Positions 47,167-57,258 are shown, counted from the first letter of the stretch. The stretch: DNA of 64,000 nt from Terriglobia bacterium (GCA_963666975.2 CAXVYR010000004.1:352001-416000); one strand, 5' to 3'. Notes: generated by a model from the sequence alone, not told the origin. Program-made: numbers and translations.

Positions 47167-47747
47167 GATCTACCTCCAGCCATATGGGCCAACCGTTCGC
47201 GCAGAGTCTCATAAGCGCGGAACAGCAGAGACTTCACTGCCGATTGGGAACACTCCAAAGATTGCGCAATCTGCCCGTAATCGAGTTCCTGGTACTTATG
47301 CAGAATCACCGCCGCCCGCTGCTTGTCGGGAAGCGATTGGACCGCGCGGCGAATCTCCAATGCCCGGGCCTCGGCCACCAGGTTTTCTTCCACCGTCGGC
47401 GACGGGTCCCGCACCCCCCGCTCTTTTTCACCGGAGAGTTCCTCCAACGGCGTTTCCTTCCGGGCGTGGCGGCCATTGCGCAGTGAATTCAGCGCCACAT
47501 GCGTCGCAATGCGGTACAACCAAGTCGTAAACTTGGCGGTCGGGACATAGTTGGCGCGGGCCCTGTAAACGCGAAGAAACACCTCCTGCGCCAGTTCTTC
47601 GGCGACGGCTGCATTCTGCACCATTCGGTACAGGTAGTTCACCACCGGGTCGCGGTGCTTTGTGAGCAAGTAGGCGAAGGAGCTTTCATCTCCGCCCTTC
47701 ACGCGAAGCATCACTTCCGCATCTGAACCGGCAGTTACTGCCTCCAT
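47163..47747 (-). CDS. ECF RNA polymerase sigma-70 factor
   Basis: AEELAQEVFLRVY, KFTTWLYRIA, LPDKQRAAV, YGQIAQSL..SQSAVKSLLFRA. Likely start ATG 47747. Confidence 0.93.
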   Translation of the reverse strand: MEAVTAGSDAEVMLRVKGGDESSFAYLLTKHRDPVVNYLYRMVQNAAVAEELAQEVFLRVYRARANYVPTAKFTTWLYRIATHVALNSLRNGRHARKETPLEELSGEKERGVRDPSPTVEENLVAEARALEIRRAVQSLPDKQRAAVILHKYQELDYGQIAQSLECSQSAVKSLLFRAYETLRERLAHMAGGRS

Positions 47748-47755
47748 ATAGTCTC

Positions 47756-47783
47756 TAAACCCCGAATCGCCCGGTAAGTTGCG
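47756..47783 (-). promoter_or_regulatory. Candidate ECF-dependent autoregulatory promoter
   Basis: CGCAACTT-N15-GTTTA, 8 nt before the sigma ATG. Confidence 0.5.
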
Positions 47784-48019
47784 GTCACTTGGGGGGATAT
47801 CCAGCTCGCCCAGGGGTACAGCTCGATCCTCGGAAAGCACAACACGGGGAGACCTTCTCTGCATGATCCAACACCCACCTTGCCCGGCATTCCGCAAAGG
47901 CAAGCAGTTCCGCTGGCTAGGATGATTTTACTCCCAGTTTCCGGCTGTTGAACACACAAGATTACGCCGCGCACAGGCGCCGAAAAGATGAGGGCGATGG
48001 TGCGCCCCGTTTCCTACAA

Positions 48020-48048
48020 CGCAACTTTTCCGTCCCCAAACGTGTTTA
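48020..48048 (+). promoter_or_regulatory. Candidate ECF-dependent promoter of the divergent Spy-like/BON genes
   Basis: CGCAACTT-N16-GTTTA, the same motif as at 47756-47783. Confidence 0.5.
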
Positions 48049-48153
48049 TCCGTTTGACGAGCATTTCGATAGCAAGCAATTTTTAGCCGTTTGCGAAAGG
48101 AAATCGTCGCCAATGCTGGCTGAAAGAAAAATCAAATCACGCAGGAGGAAAAA

Positions 48154-48591
48154 ATGCAACGAAGAAAAATCTTCTCATCCACTGTCGTCATGCTTTGTGC
48201 CCTGGTCGCCGGCGGCCAGATAGCGGTTGCGGAGCCGTCCCAAGCAAGAGAGGGCGACCGCGCTGAAAGAAGGGGAGAACGCTCCCAGGGGCTGGGCCAG
48301 AGACTGGACCAGAGGCTGCAAAGGTTAAGTGAAGAGCTGAGCTTAACCGAGGCACAGAAGGCCGAAATTTGGTCGTTTTCCGAACAACAACAAAACCAGG
48401 CCCGGACCTTGCGCGGCGACAATTCCCTTTCCCGCGCGGAGAAGCAGGAACAAGCAAAGCAAATCCGCCAGGCAACCCAAGAGGGTATCCAGCGAATCCT
48501 AACATCGGAACAGCAAGAACGGTTTGCCGAAATGCGAAAGCAAGCTGGAGAAAGACGCGGGGGACGCAGGGGCCGGAGAAACTCCCGGTGA
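48154..48591 (+). CDS. Spy/CpxP-like (LTXXQ) periplasmic protein
   Basis: Signal peptide, LSLTEAQK and ILTSEQQ motifs; RBS AGGAGG. Confidence 0.75.
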   Translation: MQRRKIFSSTVVMLCALVAGGQIAVAEPSQAREGDRAERRGERSQGLGQRLDQRLQRLSEELSLTEAQKAEIWSFSEQQQNQARTLRGDNSLSRAEKQEQAKQIRQATQEGIQRILTSEQQERFAEMRKQAGERRGGRRGRRNSR

Positions 48592-48666
48592 CCTCGCCCG
48601 GAAGCAAGAAATAACAAATAAACAGGCTCCAACCTTCATGAGGAGTAACAGAACAGGGAGGATTCA

Positions 48667-49437
48667 ATGAAACGGGACACAAGAATAAAAACAACTCTCC
48701 TATCCATGATTATTGTTTTGGGAATCGCTACGCTTCCCGGCGCGGCACAAGCCCACCTTTCCGATGCGATGATCAAGACCCGGGTGCAGCATCAACTCAT
48801 GGACCAGAAGGTGCTGCGCGAAGACAATGTCCAGGTTATGGTGGAAGAGGGCGTCGTCCGCTTGACCGGAATCGTGAGCAATATTGCTGAGAAGCAGCGG
48901 GCGGAGAAGGCCGCCCTCGGCGTGGACGAGGTTGCCCGCGTGCAGAACGACTTAACCGTCGAGATCGCTGACCTTTCCGATCAGCAAATCGCTGACGGCG
49001 TCGCGAAGCAAATACACAGTTACGTGTTCTACGACGTTTTCGATTGGATTGAGGGAGAGGTCCAAGAAGGCGCTGTCACGCTGAAAGGGCAGGTCCGAGA
49101 ACCGTGGCGCAAGAAGGACTACCAAAGACTTGCGGAAGCGGTTCCAGGCGTGCAGAGCGTGGCGAACGAGATCCAGGTCCTCCCACTCTCCAGTTTTGAC
49201 GATCAATTGCGGGTAGCCGCCGCCCGATCCATCTATGGAGATGCCTTCTTTGCACGCTACGCCAATCGCGCGCTGCCACCCATCCACATCATTGTCAAAA
49301 ACGGGAAAGTCACCCTGGAAGGGGCGGTCGCCAATCCGCTGGAGCGGCAGTTAGCCGAGACGGTTGTCCGCTCGGGAGTGCTGTCTTTCGGCGTGGTGAA
49401 CCACTTGACTGTCGATACGGAAACGCAATCCATCTAA
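48667..49437 (+). CDS. BON-domain protein (three BON domains)
   Basis: Signal peptide; repeated G.V.L.G.V...A..V.GV..V.N.L.V. Confidence 0.88.
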   Translation: MKRDTRIKTTLLSMIIVLGIATLPGAAQAHLSDAMIKTRVQHQLMDQKVLREDNVQVMVEEGVVRLTGIVSNIAEKQRAEKAALGVDEVARVQNDLTVEIADLSDQQIADGVAKQIHSYVFYDVFDWIEGEVQEGAVTLKGQVREPWRKKDYQRLAEAVPGVQSVANEIQVLPLSSFDDQLRVAAARSIYGDAFFARYANRALPPIHIIVKNGKVTLEGAVANPLERQLAETVVRSGVLSFGVVNHLTVDTETQSI

Positions 49438-49565
49438 CTTGCGTTTAGGAGGAACCTGTCCGGAATGGAAGTCTGTAGCGGCGGCAAGCCGGCGTGAGGG
49501 AGGCTGGCCGCCACCGGGCGGGACGCTCACCGCGCCGGTGTAGGAGAGACTAAGTGTGCGAGAGA

Positions 49566-52500
49566 CTAATGGAGCCATGTATGCAAGCGAGCAGTAATTG
49601 CGGAGCGGGCGTCCAGCGTCAGGCTAAACAAGGCGGGCACCAAGAAAAGAGTGAAAATCGTCGAAACAACCAATCCCCCTATCACTACGCTGCCGAGGCC
49701 GCGATAGAGTTCTGAACCGGCGCCGGGAAACAGCACCAGCGGAAGCATGGCGAAAACCGAAGTGCTGACGCTCATGAAGATGGGGCGTATACGGTTTGAA
49801 ACCGACTCCCGGATGGCCTCGCGCGGCGCCATTCCCTCCTCGCGCATGTGATTCAATGACTGGTGGACAATCAAGATCGCATTGTTTACCACGGTGCCTA
49901 CCAAAATAATGAACCCCAGCATCGTCAGCACGTCCAGGGCTTGGTAGGTATACAGGTTCACCACCGCCAGCCCCAAGAACCCTCCTAATGCCGCCAGCGG
50001 CACGCTGAACATAATTACGAAGGGATAGAGAAAGCTCTCGAACAGCGCGGCCATCAACAGGTATGTGATGACAAGCGCCAGCAGGATGTTCCATCGCAAG
50101 GCGCCCGCCGTCTCGACCAGCTTATCGGCGGCGCCGCTCAGGGAGACTTGATAAAGCCCCCCCAGCTTTCCCTCCCGGCGCAAGGGCGCAATCATCTCCG
50201 ATTCAATCAACTCCATCGCGGCCTCCAGCGGCATCTGCTCGGCTGGAGACACCTGGATGGTGATGGCGCGCTGGCGTTCACTGTGGTTAATGGTTTGCGG
50301 ACCATTCACTACGGAGATATCGGCCACCGCGCCCAGCGTGACCAGCCGGCCGCCTGGCGCGGCGATGGGCATCTGCTCCAGCATGTGTGTGCGATGGGCG
50401 AAGCTTTCTTCCGCCATCACCTTGAGGTCGATCTCCCTGCCTTCATTTTGATAGTCGCTCACCTTGGCTCCGTCCACCAAGACGCTGACGGTGAAACCAA
50501 GCTCGCGGTTGGAAATCCCCAGATCGGAGGCGCGACGCCGGTGTGTGACCAACCGGACTTCCGGATTGTCCAGGTCGAGGCTGGGACGAGGGAAAGCCTG
50601 CGACCCCGGCAGGACCTGAAACGTCTGCATCATGATGGTTTGACCCAATTCGATCAGCCGCTCCAGTTCCGGACCGGTGATTTCGATGTCGATGCTCCGT
50701 CCTGCACCCATCTGCTGCTGGAAAATGCTGGATTGCTCGGCAAAAACGATGGCCCCGGGAACCTGAAAGCCCGCTTCCCGGATCGGGGGGATGAGTTCAG
50801 TCACCCGAAGCGGTATGTTCGCTTTCGCTCCCAGAAAGGCTTGATTTTGGAGGACCACAAAAAAGAAGTCGTCGATGCCGCCCCCGGGAAGGCCTGCAGC
50901 CTCGGGAGACCCAGCAGGCACATCCCAAAGAGGCCGTAGTTTTTCATCGATGACGTTGTGGAACGAGGAGACTTCCTCCAGGTTCAAGCCGGGAGGCGGA
51001 AGCAAGACCCCGAAAATAAAGTTGTTGTTGCCCACCGGCAAATATTCGGTCTTGGGCATCAGCCAATAGCTGAATCCCAGCGAGGCAGCGGTGAGCACCA
51101 CGACCACTGCCAGCCGGACCAGTATGGACCCGGTAATCCAATGAACGCTGCCGGTGACCATGCGGGTGAAACCGCTGGTAAGGGCCGTGGCGCCCCAAAG
51201 ATTGTGGAAGCCGCGCCGTTGGGGATCGTGCTCGGCAGTGCGCAATATCTTGGCCGAAAGACTTGGAATGACGGTAATCGAAATCACCAGGCTCAAGACC
51301 ACGGCGCAACTGATGGCGAGCGCGATGTCGCCGAACAGTTGCCCGACTTCCTGCTCGATAAACACTACGGGGATGAAAACAGCCACGGTGGTCAGGGTGC
51401 TGGCCAGCACCGCGCCCCAGACCTCGCGGGCGCCATCATAGGCGGCGGCGAAACGGTCTTTTCCCATCTGGCTGTGGCGGTAAATGTTTTCGAGCACCAC
51501 GATGGCGTTGTCCACCACCAGGCCCACGGCAAACGCCATGCCCGCCAGGCTGATGACGTTCAGCGTGCGGCCGAATACATACATCATCAGGAAGGCCCCG
51601 ATGATGCTGATGGGAATGGCGACGGCAACCACCAAAGTGCTGGTCGCGCTGCGCAGAAACAGCAGAAGGACGGCAACGGCCAACAATCCGCCAATTAAGA
51701 TGCTCTGGCGGACCAGGTCAATGGCGCTGTTGATATAGTCGGTCTCGTCGTAAACTTGGACGAATTCCAGGCCACGGGGATGGAGCAGGTCGGCGTTCAG
51801 GCGGCGCACTATCTCCTGAAGCTCCGCCATCACTTCCAGGACGTTCGCCCCGGCCTCCTTGACGGTATTGATGATAAGCACCTGCTCGCCTTTGTGGAAG
51901 ACCCTGGCGGAGACCTTGCGGTAGCCGAGTTCTGCGCGGGCTACGTCCTTCAGGTAAATAGGCACGCCGTTGCGGACGGCAATAACGATTTCCTCGATCT
52001 CTTGAGGCGAGCCGTACTCTCCCACAGTCCGGACAACATAGCGACGCTTGCCCTCGCCAAAGTCGCCGCCGCTGTAGTTGCGGTTTTCGCGCTCCAGCGC
52101 CGTCCCCAGTTGGTTCAAGGTCACCTGCCGGGCGGCGAGCCGGGCCGGGTCAACCAGGACGTGCATCTCGCGCTCCTGGCCGCCGAAGATGTTGGCAACG
52201 GCAACGCCGGGGACGCGCTCAAACTCCGGCTTGATGAAGTCGTCGACGAAATCATAGAGCGTGGAGATGTCACCCGTGAACCCATCTTCCTTGGTAGACA
52301 CGATGGCAAACCAGGCAGCGGCATTGGCAAGAACATCTACTGTGCGAATGACGGGCTTGTTGGCATCGTCGGGGTAGGAAGGAACCTGCTCCAGGCGGTT
52401 TGATACCTTCAGCACGGCGGCGTCCAGGTCCGTGCCCACCTGGAAGGTCAAGGTGACCGTTCCTTGGCTGTCTGCGCTGGAGCTCTCCATCTTGGTGAGC

Positions 52501-52727
52501 CCCTCGAGGCCCTTGAGATGCTCTTCCTGCTCGTCAACGATCTCGCGCTCGACTTCCTGGGGGCTGGCTCCGGGCCACACCGTGACCACTGTAACTTCGG
52601 GCTCTTGGACAGTCGGGGTAAGCTGGATGGGAAGGCGAAAAAAACCGATGAAGCCGAATAAGACCAGGAAGATCACCCCGACGGCGGTCGTAACCGGAAA
52701 GCGAATGGCGTTTTCAATAATCTTCAC
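49566..52727 (-). CDS. RND efflux transporter permease (AcrB family)
   Basis: 1053 aa; PGASPQEVE, GLVVDNAIVVLENI, ASTLTT, GTVVNNAIL, RIRPIFM. Confidence 0.95.
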   Translation of the reverse strand: MKIIENAIRFPVTTAVGVIFLVLFGFIGFFRLPIQLTPTVQEPEVTVVTVWPGASPQEVEREIVDEQEEHLKGLEGLTKMESSSADSQGTVTLTFQVGTDLDAAVLKVSNRLEQVPSYPDDANKPVIRTVDVLANAAAWFAIVSTKEDGFTGDISTLYDFVDDFIKPEFERVPGVAVANIFGGQEREMHVLVDPARLAARQVTLNQLGTALERENRNYSGGDFGEGKRRYVVRTVGEYGSPQEIEEIVIAVRNGVPIYLKDVARAELGYRKVSARVFHKGEQVLIINTVKEAGANVLEVMAELQEIVRRLNADLLHPRGLEFVQVYDETDYINSAIDLVRQSILIGGLLAVAVLLLFLRSATSTLVVAVAIPISIIGAFLMMYVFGRTLNVISLAGMAFAVGLVVDNAIVVLENIYRHSQMGKDRFAAAYDGAREVWGAVLASTLTTVAVFIPVVFIEQEVGQLFGDIALAISCAVVLSLVISITVIPSLSAKILRTAEHDPQRRGFHNLWGATALTSGFTRMVTGSVHWITGSILVRLAVVVVLTAASLGFSYWLMPKTEYLPVGNNNFIFGVLLPPPGLNLEEVSSFHNVIDEKLRPLWDVPAGSPEAAGLPGGGIDDFFFVVLQNQAFLGAKANIPLRVTELIPPIREAGFQVPGAIVFAEQSSIFQQQMGAGRSIDIEITGPELERLIELGQTIMMQTFQVLPGSQAFPRPSLDLDNPEVRLVTHRRRASDLGISNRELGFTVSVLVDGAKVSDYQNEGREIDLKVMAEESFAHRTHMLEQMPIAAPGGRLVTLGAVADISVVNGPQTINHSERQRAITIQVSPAEQMPLEAAMELIESEMIAPLRREGKLGGLYQVSLSGAADKLVETAGALRWNILLALVITYLLMAALFESFLYPFVIMFSVPLAALGGFLGLAVVNLYTYQALDVLTMLGFIILVGTVVNNAILIVHQSLNHMREEGMAPREAIRESVSNRIRPIFMSVSTSVFAMLPLVLFPGAGSELYRGLGSVVIGGLVVSTIFTLFLVPALFSLTLDARSAITARLHTWLH

Positions 52728-53836
52728 GGCAGCGGGTACTCCTGCACGTCACCCTGGACCGGCTGGCCGGGAGCCAGCCGCTCGTTGCCCCGGGTAATCA
52801 CTTTCTGTCCGGGCTGGACAGGGCCACGGACCTCCACCCAGGAACCCGCGCCCTGGCCGGTTTCAACCGGAACCAGGCCGGACGTATTGTCTCCGTTCAT
52901 CACATAGACGAATTCCTGCGGGCCGCGGCGAATCACAGCGTCTTTGGGCACCACCGTGGCAAGGTGGGACTCGCTGGCCTGAAAGGAAACCTGGGCCAGC
53001 ATCCCCACACCGATGCGGCCCTCTGGGTTCGGAATGGCCACCTTGAGCGGAAAGGTGCGGGCCTGGAGATCCGCACGGGGAATGATGGCGGTAATCCTGC
53101 CACGGACCTCGACGCCCGGAAGCGATTCAAAACGGACGGCGGCTGGAGCGCCTACAGTCAGGTTGCGGAAGTCGTGCTCCGGCACCTCGACCCTCACTTC
53201 GAGTTCTCTCATGGACAGAATTTCCACCACCGGGCCACCCACGCCCAGCCACTCGCCCACCTCGGTTCTCTCCGCCGTCACCACGCCTGCAAAGGGAGCG
53301 CGGGTGGTGGACCGGGCAATGTCGTCGTTGATACGGGCCATCTCTGCGGTGAGTTGCTCAATACGTCCCTGCCAGGCATTCGACTCGTAGAGGCGGTCGT
53401 CGTATTGCTCGCGCGGGATCACCTTGCCTTCCAGCAACTCGGCGGCACGCTCCAGGTTGACCTTAGCCTGCTGCTGACGTGCATTCGCCTCCTTGAGCTG
53501 GGCCTGGATGGCGTCGCGTTGCAACTCCCGGTTGGTGACGCGCAAACGAGCCAAAGGCTGGTCCTTGCTCACCGTATCTCCCTCGTGCGCCAGGAACTCC
53601 ACCACCAGCCCTGCCACTTCGCTGGCCACCATGCTGACGGTTTTCGACTCCACTGTTCCCGGCAACCGGATAGTGCGCTGCACCAAGTGCTGGCGGGCTT
53701 CCGTGTAGCGCACCAGCGCGGGCGGCATGCCTCCCGGACCTTGCGCCCAGCCCGGCGCCCAATTTGGAACAGTCAGCAACAGAAACGCCGTGAGCGGCAG
53801 TAACAGTACACGAACGTGGATTGTCCTTAGCGTCAT
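52724..53836 (-). CDS. RND efflux periplasmic adaptor subunit
   Basis: SEVAGLV, EGDTV, RAPFAGVV, VEVPE, GMLAQV, VPKDAV. Confidence 0.92.
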   Translation of the reverse strand: MTLRTIHVRVLLLPLTAFLLLTVPNWAPGWAQGPGGMPPALVRYTEARQHLVQRTIRLPGTVESKTVSMVASEVAGLVVEFLAHEGDTVSKDQPLARLRVTNRELQRDAIQAQLKEANARQQQAKVNLERAAELLEGKVIPREQYDDRLYESNAWQGRIEQLTAEMARINDDIARSTTRAPFAGVVTAERTEVGEWLGVGGPVVEILSMRELEVRVEVPEHDFRNLTVGAPAAVRFESLPGVEVRGRITAIIPRADLQARTFPLKVAIPNPEGRIGVGMLAQVSFQASESHLATVVPKDAVIRRGPQEFVYVMNGDNTSGLVPVETGQGAGSWVEVRGPVQPGQKVITRGNERLAPGQPVQGDVQEYPLP

Positions 53837-53936
53837 CAATTCAAACCTTCTTCCCTGTGTCAACACTGACCGATATCGCTCTTCTATAATAATCTAAATA
53901 TGTGACCGGCTCCCATTTTGTTGATCCGCTCCCTGG

Positions 53937-55136
53937 TCAAACCGGTTTGATCTTGCCGCCTGCTTCGATTCGGAAACGTTCCCCGCGCCAGACCACATGG
54001 TTCCCCATAAAGCTCGTGATCCATACACTCAATGCCACCAGGTCGCGAAGGAGAAGCAGCCAAAAGAATTTCCGAATCACGCGGTCCCGGCAAACCAAGA
54101 TACCGGATGCCCATGCGGCTAGAAAGCGTGAGGCCAGCGTTCCGGCCAAAACCGCTTGCGCCAGGAACGAGTCTGGATGGAAGAGCAGGGCCACGAGAGC
54201 GAGCGGAACGCCGAACGTCAGCAGCAGTGCCGGATAACCACGGGGGCTGGAAAAACGGATGGTGCGGGCCCAGCGCAATTGGTGCCGAAACATCTCGAAG
54301 AAAGAACGACGGGGGACCGTCGTATCCACTACGGTGCCGGAGAGATGAACGAGATAGCCAGCCGCAGCAATTTTGTTCCCCAGAATGTAATCATCGGCCA
54401 GATAATCGGCCCACGGAGCAAGTCCTCCGATCTCGGCGATCTGCTTTTTGCGGGTAACCAGGGTGGCTCCCAGGGCAAACCGGACTCCTTTCACCAAGCG
54501 CGCCAGAAGCACATGCCCGGCAAAGTCGCCGCTGATGCCGAGCGCCTCCAAAATGGAGACGAGCCCGCCTGCGGGAACGCCGCGGTAGAGACAGGTCACC
54601 AGGCCGGTTCGCGGGTCACGCAACGGCAGCACCACCTGCCGCAGGTAATCGCTCTCCACGCTGATGCCGGAATCGTTCATCAAGACGATTTCATGTGCGG
54701 CTTGCTCCAGCATCCGTTCGAGCTTGTTAATTTTTGGATTGGCACGTTTCCGATGAGCACTCCCGTCATCTTCCATTTCCATTTCCATCGTCACCGTCAC
54801 CACTTTTACGGGCACATGGGGGAAATCCCGGCGCAACTGGGCGATAGTCCACTGGGCGGGATCTTTCAAACCACTGACGCCGAAGACGATCTCGTAATGA
54901 GGATAGTCCTGCCGGAAATGGCTCGCCAGACTGCGATAAAATTCCTGCTCGATGCCATGAACCGGCTTCAGGATGGAGACCGGCGGCGCGAAATCGGATG
55001 CCTCTTCCTCCTCCGGCTGGAATCGGAATTGCAAAGCGGCGCAGAACACCGCCAGGTGGTACAAGCATGAGCAGACGGCGAGGATCACGGGAAGATGGAA
55101 CAGAAAGACGGCGGCGATGAAGGAGAGGAAAACCAA
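53937..55136 (-). CDS. hpnI: HpnI-like hopanoid glycosyltransferase (ceramide glucosyltransferase family)
   Basis: PPVSILKPVHG, QDYP.YEIVFG, ANPKINKL, GLVTCLYRG, FALGAT, LADDY.LG, HQLRWART. Start uncertain. Confidence 0.85.
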   Translation of the reverse strand: MVFLSFIAAVFLFHLPVILAVCSCLYHLAVFCAALQFRFQPEEEEASDFAPPVSILKPVHGIEQEFYRSLASHFRQDYPHYEIVFGVSGLKDPAQWTIAQLRRDFPHVPVKVVTVTMEMEMEDDGSAHRKRANPKINKLERMLEQAAHEIVLMNDSGISVESDYLRQVVLPLRDPRTGLVTCLYRGVPAGGLVSILEALGISGDFAGHVLLARLVKGVRFALGATLVTRKKQIAEIGGLAPWADYLADDYILGNKIAAAGYLVHLSGTVVDTTVPRRSFFEMFRHQLRWARTIRFSSPRGYPALLLTFGVPLALVALLFHPDSFLAQAVLAGTLASRFLAAWASGILVCRDRVIRKFFWLLLLRDLVALSVWITSFMGNHVVWRGERFRIEAGGKIKPV

Positions 55137-55158
55137 GAAAATTGCGCAGCGAACGGTT

Positions 55159-55524
55159 TCAAAGCGAAATCAAGGCGACACCCAGGCAAACGCACAGGGC
55201 TCCCGCCCAGCGTGTGCGGGTGACCTTTTCGCTCAGCAGATATTTAGCAGCCAGCGTCTCGACAACGTAACTGGCTGCCGTAGCCGGCACGACCCAACTC
55301 AGGTCCGCGCGGACCAGCAAAACCAGAAAACTGAAAAAAGCCACCGTCATATATAGGATGCCGCGCCAGATCAAACGGTTTCGCACAACCTTGCCGGCAA
55401 CGGCAAGCAGAATCGCAGCCCGGAAACCGGATATCTCACCCACCGCCTTCATGCCACGGGTCAGGCTGACATCCCCGGCGGCTCCGGCCAGTATGACCAC
55501 GGCCAATAATATGAAATCAATCAA
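55159..55524 (-). CDS. EamA/DMT-family small membrane transporter
   Basis: GDVSLTRGMKAVG, ADLSWVVPATAASYV, LSEKVTRTRWAG; TTG start 55524. Confidence 0.8.
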   Translation of the reverse strand: MIDFILLAVVILAGAAGDVSLTRGMKAVGEISGFRAAILLAVAGKVVRNRLIWRGILYMTVAFFSFLVLLVRADLSWVVPATAASYVVETLAAKYLLSEKVTRTRWAGALCVCLGVALISL

Positions 55525-55636
55525 CGCTGCGCTCTCCTGGTTCCGGCGCGGTGGGGGAAGAGTAGGTTCGCGCAACCATCCAAGTGCCCGCCACAATCAG
55601 CAACGTCCCGGCCCAACGAGCGGGCGAGATGGTCTC
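55517..55636 (-). pseudogene. C-terminal fragment of a second EamA/DMT paralog
   Basis: ETISPARWAGTLLIVAGTWMVART..., parallel to EKVTRTRWAGALCVCLG of the adjacent gene; no start codon. Confidence 0.65.
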
Positions 55637-55739
55637 ACGGATGCAGCAGGAACGGAACGTTGTACTTGGTGATGTCCAGGTCGCGCTTATAGATGTCGGT
55701 CACGAAGGGCAGCGAGTCCAGATCCTGGATGGCCGGCTG
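55635..55739 (-). pseudogene. hpnJ: Internal fragment of hopanoid radical-SAM protein HpnJ
   Basis: QPAIQDLDSLPFVTDIYKRDLDITKYNVPFLLHP*, matching the HpnJ segment just before the radical-SAM CxxxCxxC motif (recognised from memory). Confidence 0.7.
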
Positions 55740-55741
55740 AC

Positions 55742-56101
55742 TTAAGATGTCCCCGCCTGCTTCTCGGCTAGTTCCCCAATCACGGGCAGCTTGAACCACT
55801 CGTTCTTGTAAGCCTTATAGGCGCAGACGATCGCCGCAACGATGGCCGCAAACGGCAAGAGCAGCAAGATGAACCAACCCAGAATGGGAATCATAGTCAA
55901 GATGATGCTGAGGGCAAACCACGCGAGTCCCAGGAACAAGGCCTGAAAGGAGTGGAAGCGGATAAAACGGTCCTTATTGTAGGGTTCCATCACCAGCCAA
56001 AGAATGGCTGGTATCCAGAGTAAATAGGCGAGCAAGGCGGCTACGTTGGGGCTGAGCCCGCCGCTTGACCCGGTCGAAGGCGCTTGCGGCGTTTGTTCCA
56101 T
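55742..56101 (-). CDS. DUF4870-family membrane protein
   Basis: GLSPNVAALLAYLL, DRFIRFHSFQAL, KAYKNEWFKLPVIGELAEK; RBS GGAGG. Confidence 0.85.
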   Translation of the reverse strand: MEQTPQAPSTGSSGGLSPNVAALLAYLLWIPAILWLVMEPYNKDRFIRFHSFQALFLGLAWFALSIILTMIPILGWFILLLLPFAAIVAAIVCAYKAYKNEWFKLPVIGELAEKQAGTS

Positions 56102-56652
56102 GCAACATCCTCCGTTTTTGAAGTCAGCTTTCCGCACGATCATGCACCTATCGTTTTTTTTTTTAACCCTCAAAACAAGCCCAGAGGCTCTTAGGGGCAT
56201 GGGTAAGCCTTCCAGGATGGCTAAAACGCCTGAGGTAACGGCCTCTGTGTGCAAATTCGGAAAAGTGCTGGAAGCAGATTTTTTTACACGTCTTTTTACG
56301 AGGTCGGGTGTATGATTCCCGGGATAGGCAGGAAAGAGGCCGAGATGGGTAAGGTTGTTGCAGCAACCATGCTTGGCGCAGGGCTTATTGGTCTATTCGT
56401 ATTGCTGGCGAATATCTGGTGTTCGCAGATGATGGACTGTGGGCCTGTGAGGGCGAAGGATTCCGCATGTATATTCAAATATTTTGAAGGTCGCTGCGTA
56501 TCTCGATAGCGGCTCCCCTTCCGGCCGGCGGTTCTGACCCATCCCATTTTCTCTTACCCCCAGGATTCTGGCCCCGACATTTTGTCACCTCACCTGGTTC
56601 CTAAGAGTCAAAAAGCTCTCTAGAAAAAAATGGACTTGTAGTACGATAGCGA

Positions 56653-57069
56653 ATGAAAGCTGCGGGATTAGGAGCAGCCGAAAAAATCCTTTCCCGAGGG
56701 TCGCTTTTGCCAGCCGGAGAACCAGACACCAAGCCCGACCAGGGAGAGGAGCAGCGAAAGAGTCAGCGAGCCTTTTTGTTAGTCCAGGTAGAGATTGGAA
56801 ACACCGGGGACTTCAGTATTGGGCGAGGGGAAAACATCAGCGAGGGCGGGTTGCTGGTGTTCACCCACAATACTTTCGAACCCAATACCGAGACCATAAC
56901 CCGCTTTAACCTTCCTTCTACTCCTCGGGAGTGCCACATCGAGTGCCCCGGTGTGGTTGTCCGTGTCCAACCTGGAGCCCATATGGGCGTCGAATTTCTT
57001 CACCTGAAAGACGAAGACCGTAAAGCCATCGCTGAGTTTATCCAAGCGACTTTAGCAGGCGACAAATAG
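56653..57069 (+). CDS. PilZ-domain (c-di-GMP-binding) protein
   Basis: QRKSQR (RxxxR), NISEGG (D/NxSxxG), VVRV...MGVEF. Confidence 0.85.
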   Translation: MKAAGLGAAEKILSRGSLLPAGEPDTKPDQGEEQRKSQRAFLLVQVEIGNTGDFSIGRGENISEGGLLVFTHNTFEPNTETITRFNLPSTPRECHIECPGVVVRVQPGAHMGVEFLHLKDEDRKAIAEFIQATLAGDK

Positions 57070-57186
57070 TTCAAATCCGAAAAAGCCCCTGATAGCCCCC
57101 TTCCCCAAACCCCGTCAAACTTTTTTGTTAGAAGGTCCGGTTCTTAGGAGGTTGTTGAAAAACGGGTGTATGGGTTCGCTAGCTAA

Positions 57187-57258
57187 TCCCTCGGCTTCGC
57201 TCCCTTCGGCTATGCTCCCTTCGGCTTCGCTCAGGGCAGGCAGGGCAGGCGGGACAGG
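57187..57258. repeat. Triple-nested 24-bp palindromic element
   Basis: TCCCTCGGCTTCGCT[CCCTTCGGCTATGCT[CCCTTCGGCTTCGCTCAGGGCAGG]CAGGGCAGG]CGGGACAGG. Confidence 0.85.

Noticed and set aside
54771-54788. (ATGGAA)x3 microsatellite in hpnI (MEMEME)
   Set aside because: In-frame 6-bp unit that cannot switch frame; probably a neutral loop expansion.
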